Part shown: positions 1-6,995 of the stretch, piece after piece
Layout: each line of letters opens with the position of its first letter
Position numbering within the stretch: position 1 is the stretch's first letter
DNA from: Nanobdellota archaeon
GTDB lineage: Archaea; Nanobdellota; Nanobdellia; Woesearchaeales; JAHWHD01
Reading direction: 5' to 3'
Length of the DNA: 12,157 bases
Assembly: GCA_034722435.1 (NCBI GenBank)
Contig: JAYENX010000025.1
Span: 28,931 to 41,087, forward strand
The notes under the pieces: model-generated
What the model saw: the letters and a program-made list of their open reading frames with translations, nothing else
What the model was told of the DNA's origin: nothing
Databases searched by the model: none
Position numbers and translations under genes: made by a program

Positions 1-204
1 TCATCTAAAAAATGACTTAGGAAAATCTTTGATTTTTCGTGGGTCCATTTTTTATATTATTTTCTTTCAATACTTTTTCATCTAAAAAATGACTTAGGAA
101 AATCTTTGATTTTTCGTGGGTCCATTTTTTATATTATTTTCTTTCAATACTTTTTCATCTAAAAAATGACTTAGGAAAATCTTTGATTTTTCGTGGGTCC
201 ATTT
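1..204. repeat. Perfect 77-bp tandem direct repeat: 2 full copies (1-77, 78-154) plus a 50-bp partial copy (155-204); probably continues left of the window
   Basis: TCATCTAAAAAATGACTTAGG... starts at 1, 78 and 155; copies are identical on base-by-base reading; the match breaks at 205, inside the glutaredoxin stop codon. Confidence 0.97.
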
Positions 205-427
205 ATTTATCTTTCAAGAATTCACAAAGGTCGTCGTACCCGCCAACAAATTTATCATCACAGAATATCTGTGGCACAGTCTGATGTCCAGTTTTCTTTT
301 TCAATTCTTCATATTGTTCATCAGATATAAGTTCAATCTCTTCAAATTCATAACCTTTATCCTTAAGAAGTTCTTTTGCCATTGTACAATATGGACAATA
401 CGATTTTGTATAAACTTTAAATTTCAT
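203..427 (-). CDS. grxC: Glutaredoxin (Grx3/GrxC-like, dithiol)
   Basis: 74 aa; CPYC active site, TVPQIF cis-Pro motif, GGYDD motif. Confidence 0.93.
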   Translation of the reverse strand: MKFKVYTKSYCPYCTMAKELLKDKGYEFEEIELISDEQYEELKKKTGHQTVPQIFCDDKFVGGYDDLCEFLKDK

Positions 428-607
428 GATTTCTATAATTATAACTAGTTTTTTTAAATGTTTTGAAATACTTCTTAAATATTAACATTTTTTACAACAG
501 TTAATTAATATTGACATTTTAAACTTTGTTTATTTATTTTTAAGAGGTATATATAATTTTAAATCATCGTCTACAATTTTATACACCTGTACACTTGCTC
601 AGTAATC

Positions 608-615
608 TTTAAATA
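608..615 (+). promoter_or_regulatory. Archaeal TATA box for the 639 ORF
   Basis: TTTAAATA ending 24 nt before the ATG at 639. Confidence 0.5.
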
Positions 616-638
616 ACACTCTCCAGAAAGGTAATCTT

Positions 639-1184
639 ATGAGAACTACAAGAGGAAGAGACTATTTTACGATAGAACATAAGAAACTCTATATACGAGG
701 AATAGAAGGCACTCTCGATATGCCTTTGTCAGATATTTCAGTTGATACTATTGAATTCGCTCCAGTTAAACAAGAAGACTACAGAACGTTTCTTCCTGGT
801 TTTCGTTATGGCCCTTCAGTTGATGTAACAATAGTACAACCGCTTAATGCTCCTGCATCAGTCCTTGTTTACACTTTAAGTAGGGGTGGTGCGATCAGTT
901 CTATTAATGATATAATAGAAAGTACTGGTATGAAACCAACTAGTTTAAACGAAGAATTTGTCTCTGCAATTGAATCTGCGATGTTCCTTGAAGAAGAAAC
1001 TTATAAGATGGCTAAAGTTATTGCGAAATCTCAACGCGAAAATTTTGGCAAAGTTTGGTCAGGTATACGTTATGCACGTTTTCTTAAATATTTCTCTTTA
1101 AGCGGCGATGAAGCAATATCTCTGGCTTGTAGAAAATACAACTTAAAAGGTTTGCAAGAACTCATGTCTCGTGTAGTTAACTAA
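639..1184 (+). CDS. Hypothetical protein (181 aa)
   Basis: Long ORF filling the space between grx and the ATP-grasp gene, upstream TATA and AAGGT motif; no recognisable family motif. Confidence 0.75.
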   Translation: MRTTRGRDYFTIEHKKLYIRGIEGTLDMPLSDISVDTIEFAPVKQEDYRTFLPGFRYGPSVDVTIVQPLNAPASVLVYTLSRGGAISSINDIIESTGMKPTSLNEEFVSAIESAMFLEEETYKMAKVIAKSQRENFGKVWSGIRYARFLKYFSLSGDEAISLACRKYNLKGLQELMSRVVN

Positions 1185-1243
1185 TCCAAACCTTTAAAAA
1201 CCATTTAATTATTATTTCTATACAAACAAAAGAGGTTTAGGTA

Positions 1244-2179
1244 ATGACATCTATATTCATACATGCAGCGTGTAACTTTAAAAGAGACCATCCATTCATT
1301 AACCCTAAACGTAACCAGGTTTTTCCAATATTCTTACGTGCAGGAGAAAAAAAAGGATTGAATGTATTCATTTCTCGTTTTAAAGAGTTTAACCCTAAAA
1401 CTAGAAGAGTTAAACATGCCTGGGTCTTTGATAAGGGCTGGAAAGTTGTTAAGAACAAAAAAGTTGACCTTATGTATTACCACGGTAAGAATGCTGATTC
1501 AGAAATCATTGGTAAGAAAGCAGTGGCTGAAAGTCTTAAGATGATAAACCATCCCGATATTGAAGTTCTTTGCGATGATAAGGCTGTTACTGCTTTAAAA
1601 TTTCCTGATATCTCTCCCAAATCTTTTCTCATAAATTCTCATTACGATCTTCAGAAAGCCATAAAATTTATCAGGACAAGAAAAGTTGTTCTTAAACCAA
1701 GGTACGGAAGTTTTGGTAACAATGTTTTGATAATCGATAAAAACAAACTTCATGGAGGTATTCAGAAAGGTACAATTCTCCAAGAGTTTATAGATTCCTC
1801 AAATGGTATACGTAAGTTTAGATTCAGCGGATACCACGATTTACGAGTGGTCGTTGTTGATGGTAAAATTGACCATGCTTATATTCGAATAGCACCTAAC
1901 GGTTCATTCACTGCAAACATGACTCGTGGTGCTTTAAAAAAATATATTGAACCTGATAAACTCCATAGATCAGTAAAGAATTTGATAAAGTATATCGACT
2001 CAGAACTTAAACATTATGGTTCAAGAATTTATTCTGCAGATTTCATGTTCGACAAGCACCAAAAACCGTGGCTGGTTGAGATGAACTCTAAACCTGGAAC
2101 TCTTTACTATGACAACAATCCTAAAGTTAGATTAAAATATTATAAAAATATTTTTAAGAGTCTAAAGGCGGCTCTTTAA
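1244..2179 (+). CDS. ATP-grasp peptide/amide ligase (RimK/GshB/YheCD-like)
   Basis: VLKPRYGSFG, ILQEFI, DLRVVVVDG, ANMTRG and DFM...WLVEMNSKPG ATP-grasp motifs; GAGGT SD at 1232-1236. Confidence 0.85.
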   Translation: MTSIFIHAACNFKRDHPFINPKRNQVFPIFLRAGEKKGLNVFISRFKEFNPKTRRVKHAWVFDKGWKVVKNKKVDLMYYHGKNADSEIIGKKAVAESLKMINHPDIEVLCDDKAVTALKFPDISPKSFLINSHYDLQKAIKFIRTRKVVLKPRYGSFGNNVLIIDKNKLHGGIQKGTILQEFIDSSNGIRKFRFSGYHDLRVVVVDGKIDHAYIRIAPNGSFTANMTRGALKKYIEPDKLHRSVKNLIKYIDSELKHYGSRIYSADFMFDKHQKPWLVEMNSKPGTLYYDNNPKVRLKYYKNIFKSLKAAL

Positions 2180-2333
2180 CACCATAATCTTCAACTATTC
2201 TTTTATACAATTCAATCTCTCTAAATAAAGATCCTGGTGAATCTATTTTATATCCTTTTTCAATTTCAAGTAAATGTTCTAATCTCTCTCTTGTCTCTTC
2301 GAGAGTTTTTGGCATTTTTTCATATATTGACAT
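2154..2333 (-). CDS. Small hypothetical protein (about 59 aa, MSIYEKMPK...)
   Basis: Charged, helical-looking ORF downstream of sucD; start moved from 2378 to the ATG at 2333; overlaps the ATP-grasp 3' end convergently by 26 bp. Confidence 0.5.
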   Translation of the reverse strand: MSIYEKMPKTLEETRERLEHLLEIEKGYKIDSPGSLFREIELYKRIVEDYGVKEPPLDS

Positions 2334-2382
2334 TTTATTTATTCTTCTTATTATGAGTTGGTTTTTATATTTTATCATTAAA

Positions 2383-3288
2383 TTAATTCTTTATCATTCT
2401 TAGAAGTTGTTCAAGAGTTTCACTATCTTGAAATGTAGGAATTCCTGCTTTATTGAAAGCTTCTATCTTACTTAACCAGGTACCTTGCCCTCCTTCGATT
2501 ACCGCGCCTGCATGACCCATTCTTTTTCCGGGAGGTGCTGTTTTTCCAACAACTGTGACAAAAACCGGTTTTGTATATTTACTTTCTTGAATAAATTTTG
2601 CTGCTTCTTGTTCGTGAGTTCCCCCTATTTCTCCGATAAGAACTACGGCGTCTGTATTGGAATCATTTCTAAATAATTCGAGGTAGTCAGCATAATTAGT
2701 AAACTTTATTGCATCGCCGCCTGTCGGTACAGCTGTTGATATCCCGAACCCTGATTTATAGATATCTCTTACAATTTCGTAAAGTAAAGTGCCGCTTCCG
2801 GAGATAACACCTATATTACCTGGTTTAAAATATTCTGCAGATGCAGGGATAACCCCCGCGTATGCTTCACCAGGAGTTATAATTCCTGGACAGTTAGGTC
2901 CAATAAGTTTTTTACCATTCTTTTCTGCTTCGTTAGCGAGAATTATTGATTCTTTTCGAGGGATACCCTCAGTTATCACTACTAAACTTTTAATTGTATT
3001 ATCTCCTTCATAAGTGTTTAATGCTTCATTTATCTCCTTTCCTGCATATTTTGGAGAAATAAATACAACACCTAACTCAGCTTTCACTTTAGTTAATGCA
3101 TCTGATAAATCTTTAAAAACTGGTACTTTATGTTTTCCTAAATGTAATATTGTTCCATCTTTTTGTCGTTTATCTACTCCTGCAACGACATTAGTACCAT
3201 AATCTAACATTCTTTCTGTGTGAAATTTTCCTTGTTCCCCTAGACCTATTACATATACTGGAGTTTTTTTATTAATTAGAATACTCAC
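2383..3288 (-). CDS. sucD: Succinyl-CoA synthetase-like (NDP-forming acyl-CoA ligase) alpha subunit
   Basis: MSILIN start, ITEGIP, GPNCPG, GEIGG and RMGHAGA phospho-His motif; GTG start overlaps the sucC stop (GTGA). Confidence 0.93.
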   Translation of the reverse strand: MSILINKKTPVYVIGLGEQGKFHTERMLDYGTNVVAGVDKRQKDGTILHLGKHKVPVFKDLSDALTKVKAELGVVFISPKYAGKEINEALNTYEGDNTIKSLVVITEGIPRKESIILANEAEKNGKKLIGPNCPGIITPGEAYAGVIPASAEYFKPGNIGVISGSGTLLYEIVRDIYKSGFGISTAVPTGGDAIKFTNYADYLELFRNDSNTDAVVLIGEIGGTHEQEAAKFIQESKYTKPVFVTVVGKTAPPGKRMGHAGAVIEGGQGTWLSKIEAFNKAGIPTFQDSETLEQLLRMIKN

Positions 3289-4553
3289 TTTTTAACCACC
3301 TTTTTCAAATATGTGACAGCGTCAGAAATTTCAGTATATATTTTAATACCTTCATCTTTTAGTAATTCATGTGCTCTTTCTTCATTTGTTCCAATAATTC
3401 TTATAGCATAAGGCACTTTTCTTTCTTCAAAAACATTTTTTGCTCTTATTACTCCTTCTGCTACAGCATCAGTTTTTACAATGCCACCGTGAATGTTTAA
3501 AAGAAAACCTTTAATCTTTGGGTCGGATAAAACCAGTTTTATTGCTTCATAAACTCTATAAGCTGTCGCTCCACCAGTCAAATCACAAAAATTTGCAGGT
3601 TCTATTCCTTGTTCGTAAAGAAGATCATTCGTTGCCATTGCAAGTCCTGCACCATTTACAATACATCCTATGTTGCCACTAAGAGCAACATAACTGCACC
3701 CTATCTGTTTAGCTTGAGATTCTCTATTTTCAGATTCAGTCAAAGTATAATTCCATGACTTGTTCCAATATTCTACAATATCAGGATGTCTATCAATCGC
3801 ATCTGAATCTAATGTAACCTTTGCATCTCCTGCTAAAATTTCACCGCTCTCTGTAGTTATGAGTGGGTTAATTTCTACAAGATTTAAATCATATATCCAT
3901 GACCTATAATACAGATTAAGCATCAGACTTTTAATTTCATCCGGCTTAAGGTTCTTGGGGATGTTCATTATATCAATAAAATTTCCCGGATTTGTTATAT
4001 CATTAATAGTAATTGTTTGTAATTTTTCTTGTTTCGCTAATTCTTCAATATCCATTCCACCTTCGGAGGCCCACATTATCATAGGTTTTCGGGATGCATC
4101 ATCTAATGTTATTGCCATGTATGATTCTTTGTGAATTTTAACTATAGGTTCTACATATAATTGCGATATCCTGTGACCTTTTAGATCCATTCCAATTAAT
4201 GTTTGGGCTTCTTCTTTAACAAGAGAAATATATTCATCAATATCTAATCCAGTTTTGTTTTTAACTAGCTTGATACCTCCAGCTTTACCTCTGCCTCCTG
4301 TCAAAGCCTGAGCTTTTAACACTACTTCATTTTTTAAATTTTCAACTGCAGTTACAACTTCATCAATAGAACTTGTTAATATTCCTCGGGGTATCGGGAT
4401 TGAATCTAACGCTAATCTTTCAGGAATTATTCTTTTTTCTATTAAAAAATCTAGCCAAGAAATAAACTTAGAGTTATTAGTTTTGTTTAACTCCGAAATA
4501 TCTAACCTTTCATTTAATAATTTTTTACCAAAATATTCTGCAAAATTAACCAT
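3285..4553 (-). CDS. sucC: Succinyl-CoA synthetase-like beta subunit with an N-terminal insertion
   Basis: KAQ..GGRGKAGG, EGGMDIEE, EINPL, DAK, GNIGCIVNGAGLAMAT, PANF and GGIV motifs. Confidence 0.93.
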   Translation of the reverse strand: MVNFAEYFGKKLLNERLDISELNKTNNSKFISWLDFLIEKRIIPERLALDSIPIPRGILTSSIDEVVTAVENLKNEVVLKAQALTGGRGKAGGIKLVKNKTGLDIDEYISLVKEEAQTLIGMDLKGHRISQLYVEPIVKIHKESYMAITLDDASRKPMIMWASEGGMDIEELAKQEKLQTITINDITNPGNFIDIMNIPKNLKPDEIKSLMLNLYYRSWIYDLNLVEINPLITTESGEILAGDAKVTLDSDAIDRHPDIVEYWNKSWNYTLTESENRESQAKQIGCSYVALSGNIGCIVNGAGLAMATNDLLYEQGIEPANFCDLTGGATAYRVYEAIKLVLSDPKIKGFLLNIHGGIVKTDAVAEGVIRAKNVFEERKVPYAIRIIGTNEERAHELLKDEGIKIYTEISDAVTYLKKVVKK

Positions 4554-4753
4554 GATATGTTAAGAAATTTAGATATTATTTAAAGATTTATTTACTGAAG
4601 AGCGACCTAAATGAACCCTCTGAGTATTTATAACAATTATAAATTAATATTTAATATTTAATGTTTATGTTTAAATTTGATATATTCTCTATTCAAGTAG
4701 TTTTAATTAATTAATAAGAAGTTATTTATACTATTCTTCAAACTTTCTATACT

Positions 4754-4759
4754 GGTGAT
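4754..4759 (+). promoter_or_regulatory. Archaeal Shine-Dalgarno GGTGAT
   Basis: GGTGAT 4 nt before the ATG at 4764, which favours 4764 over the GTG at 4755 as the start. Confidence 0.7.
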
Positions 4760-4763
4760 ACTT

Positions 4764-5162
4764 ATGACTGATTGCATATTTTGTAAAATAATAAATAACG
4801 AAATCCCTTCATACAAAATTTATGAAGATGACGAGTTTTTAGCATTCCTTGACGCTTTTCCATTGAACAAAGGACACACTTTAATTATCCCTAAGAAACA
4901 TGAACAATGGGTTTGGGACGTTGACAATCCTGGTAAGTACTGGGAAATATCTACCAAGGTAGCTAAAGCAATAAGGAACGCGTTCAACCCTGAACGAGTA
5001 ACTTCTTTTGTTTTAGGTGAACAAGTACCTCATGCACATATCTGGTTAGTACCTAGATACCCTGATGACGGTCACGGTTCAAATATAGATTTTAATAATA
5101 AAAAAACGTTTACAGATGAAGAGTATAAAGAAATTGCTAAAAAGATTAAGGAAAATCTTTAA
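4764..5162 (+). CDS. HIT family nucleotide hydrolase (Hint-like, HxHxW variant)
   Basis: MTDCIFCKII start, AFLDAFP..KGHTLIIPKKH, VPHAHIWLVPR. Confidence 0.92.
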   Translation: MTDCIFCKIINNEIPSYKIYEDDEFLAFLDAFPLNKGHTLIIPKKHEQWVWDVDNPGKYWEISTKVAKAIRNAFNPERVTSFVLGEQVPHAHIWLVPRYPDDGHGSNIDFNNKKTFTDEEYKEIAKKIKENL

Positions 5163-5197
5163 TTTATTTTTTCTTTTATAAAATCAAGCACAACCTT

Positions 5198-5205
5198 TTT
5201 AAATA
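5198..5205 (+). promoter_or_regulatory. TATA box of the tRNA gene
   Basis: TTTAAATA ending 23 nt upstream of the tRNA 5' end at 5228. Confidence 0.7.
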
Positions 5206-5227
5206 CCTATTTCTCCTTAATAATCAC

Positions 5228-5377
5228 GGCGGTGTAACTCAGCCTGGTTAGAGTGCCACGCTCATATTGTTGAGCGATGAGGCGTAAGCCAATGATTATC
5301 CTTCAACCGGGATACGTGGATCTGGGTCTGGAAGAAGCCTAGCACGATTGTCGCGAGTCCAAATCTCGCCACCGCCA
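5228..5377 (+). tRNA. tRNA-Met(CAT), probably elongator, with two introns: exons 5228-5266, 5314-5320, 5349-5377; introns 5267-5313 (47 nt, 37/38) and 5321-5348 (28 nt, 44/45)
   Basis: Acceptor GGCGGTG/CACCGCC plus A73; D stem ACTC/GAGT; anticodon stem CCACG/CGTGG with loop CTCATAA; T arm GCGAG-TCCAAAT-CTCGC; the spliced product is a standard 75-nt cloverleaf with G15-C48, G26-A44 and G46; no A1-U72 or triple G-C initiator signature; CCA not encoded. Confidence 0.9.
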
Positions 5378-5415
5378 TTTTTCTTCCATTTTTTATATTT
5401 TTCTTGATGTTTTTG
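5378..5415 (+). terminator. Oligo-T tract(s) after the tRNA, candidate archaeal terminator
   Basis: TTTTT...TTTTTT...TTTTT runs directly follow the discriminator base, between convergent genes. Confidence 0.5.
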
Positions 5416-5436
5416 ATTAAAGAAACAAGTTTTTCA

Positions 5437-5706
5437 CTATTTCATTCTATTAAGCATACGCTTATACTCTTTTCTCACACCTGCATCGTTTTCCTGGATT
5501 AACTCATCCTTTATACGTTCGCATAATGTTAAACTTCTGAATTCAATATTATCTCTGTAATCCATGAACGCACTTGGTTTATCATCTTTCTTTATCTCAG
5601 AATAAGTTTTTTGGATATGGTTATATGCCACAGGTTTTTCACTTTGATATCTTGCAGAACATCCTGTTAAACATAACGCCAATGCAATAGCAATGTATTT
5701 CTTCAT
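5437..5706 (-). CDS. Small putative lipoprotein (89 aa)
   Basis: MKK + hydrophobic stretch + LTGC lipobox (Cys16). Confidence 0.75.
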   Translation of the reverse strand: MKKYIAIALALCLTGCSARYQSEKPVAYNHIQKTYSEIKKDDKPSAFMDYRDNIEFRSLTLCERIKDELIQENDAGVRKEYKRMLNRMK

Positions 5707-5761
5707 ATTACTATTTATGTTTCAAGTTAATTTAAGAATTACTTAAAAAAAAACGGAACAT

Positions 5762-6088
5762 TTACGAAACAATAGAGACGTCATAACTTTCTTCCATGTC
5801 TTCTTCATGCTTAGTTATTTTAATCTTAACTTTGTGCTTGTTAGGTTTTTTACCTTTCAACAACTTTTTTAATGTTTCTTTAAGTTCAAAGTCCCACACT
5901 GACCAGATTTTATCAACCTTGTTACCGTTCCACTCTTCAACATGCGTCTTGAACAACGAATCATTATAAGCATTCTTTTCAAAGACCCAATCAACTAATA
6001 ATAATTCTTGTTCTTCGTCAAGGGGTAAGTATACATACGGATACTCTTTAGGTTTAGTTTTAGGTTTTGCATATTTCCATTTAGCCAT
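5762..6088 (-). CDS. Hypothetical protein (108 aa), possibly OB-fold/ssDNA-binding-like
   Basis: Start abuts the stop of the upstream SPOUT gene (0-nt gap); alternating beta-strand patterns rich in aromatic and basic residues; the fold is a guess. Confidence 0.7.
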   Translation of the reverse strand: MAKWKYAKPKTKPKEYPYVYLPLDEEQELLLVDWVFEKNAYNDSLFKTHVEEWNGNKVDKIWSVWDFELKETLKKLLKGKKPNKHKVKIKITKHEEDMEESYDVSIVS

Positions 6089-6640
6089 TTAGAACTCCTC
6101 CCTTTCTTTCAAATGTTTCACTAACGCGTCACTTATCAAAGGTTTACCATCTACAAGTATATACTTAAAATCAAATATAACAGACTCGCCATCTGCAAGC
6201 AGAATTTCTATTCCTTCTTGAAACTTAAGATCTTGCATTTTTTTACCGTCAACAAGTTGTTTAGCAACATATACAGCATTATCGGTTGCCATTTGTTCTT
6301 TACCAAGACTTCTTCTCTCGCCTGGCAACTGCAGTTCTTCCTCAGTTCTTCTTCGTGGCGGGTTATCTCCCAAGATTCCGCCGAATATTAAATATTCAAA
6401 CTTATCATCGCTGTTTAACTCTTTAGAAGCGAACGGGTCAAGAACGCACGTATTGTTAAAATTTATATCCTTAACACTTTGCACTCTACAATCTGCATAA
6501 TCTTCTAACTTGTCAAGGTCTTCTTCTTTAAGATTAGTAATGATTAGTTTATTCTTACCAACAATCTTAGAAATGTGTTTGTACTCTACTAGACACCACT
6601 CAAATAACTCAGGTTCAAGGTGCTCTATCACGTACTTCAT
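6089..6640 (-). CDS. SPOUT-class SAM-dependent methyltransferase, Sfm1/DUF431 (COG2428) family
   Basis: YVIEHLEP...W...EY, VLDP, FGGILGD.PPR.RT and LG..QM.TDNAV motifs typical of Sfm1-like proteins. Confidence 0.88.
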   Translation of the reverse strand: MKYVIEHLEPELFEWCLVEYKHISKIVGKNKLIITNLKEEDLDKLEDYADCRVQSVKDINFNNTCVLDPFASKELNSDDKFEYLIFGGILGDNPPRRRTEEELQLPGERRSLGKEQMATDNAVYVAKQLVDGKKMQDLKFQEGIEILLADGESVIFDFKYILVDGKPLISDALVKHLKEREEF

Positions 6641-6694
6641 GGTATAATTAAGAAAAGGGTTATTTATAAAGTTAATTGAAGATAATTAAACGTA

Positions 6695-6922
6695 TCAATC
6701 CTTAAGTCTCCAGTACGCAAAATATCTGCCAGGTGTCGTGATATATTTTTTGATTCTAGAACCTATCCCTTTCTCACTTTCTTGTTTAACAGTCGCTTCA
6801 TAATATGCTGGATCAGGTTGGTTGTTTGCAAAAGACCATTCCATTACATCGCTGTACGCTGCAATATTCGAACCTATCGCATACAAGCTTGCTAATGCCC
6901 CTACAATGTTAGAGATATCCAT
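6695..6922 (-). CDS. Small hypothetical protein (75 aa) with a hydrophobic N-terminus
   Basis: ORF fills the gap between the SPOUT gene and archease; TTTTATAA about 25 nt upstream; no family motif. Confidence 0.6.
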   Translation of the reverse strand: MDISNIVGALASLYAIGSNIAAYSDVMEWSFANNQPDPAYYEATVKQESEKGIGSRIKKYITTPGRYFAYWRLKD

Positions 6923-6995
6923 TTAATTACATGTGTATTAATTATTTATAACTGTTTTCATAAATATTATAAAGAACCTCCGCAGAAACAGTGCT

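Noticed and set aside
1-204. 77-bp repeat as a CRISPR array
   Set aside because: Whole units are identical, with no unique spacers, and no cas genes are present
482-517. Cys-rich mini-ORF MSILINCCKKC* on the minus strand upstream of glutaredoxin, overlapping a 14-bp imperfect direct repeat (478-491, 507-520)
   Set aside because: grx has its own TATA at 451-458 downstream of it, so it is unlikely to be a leader peptide; the MSILIN match to SucD uses different codons; chance is likely in AT-rich DNA
4595-4623. Two CTGA boxes in a GC-richer patch between sucC and HIT, as a possible box C/D sRNA
   Set aside because: No convincing C box and no room for 10-12 nt guide regions
5228-5377. Initiator tRNA-Met or tRNA-Ile2(CAT) identity, or a type II long variable arm
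   Set aside because: No A1-U72 or three consecutive G-C anticodon-stem pairs; acceptor G2-C71/C3-G70 with G4-C69 fits Met better than Ile; 33 nt is too long for a variable arm and fits splice geometry. Ile2 is not fully excluded
5378-6995. Integrated element at the tRNA 3' end
   Set aside because: No integrase, no duplicated tRNA 3' fragment (att site) in the window and no evident compositional shift
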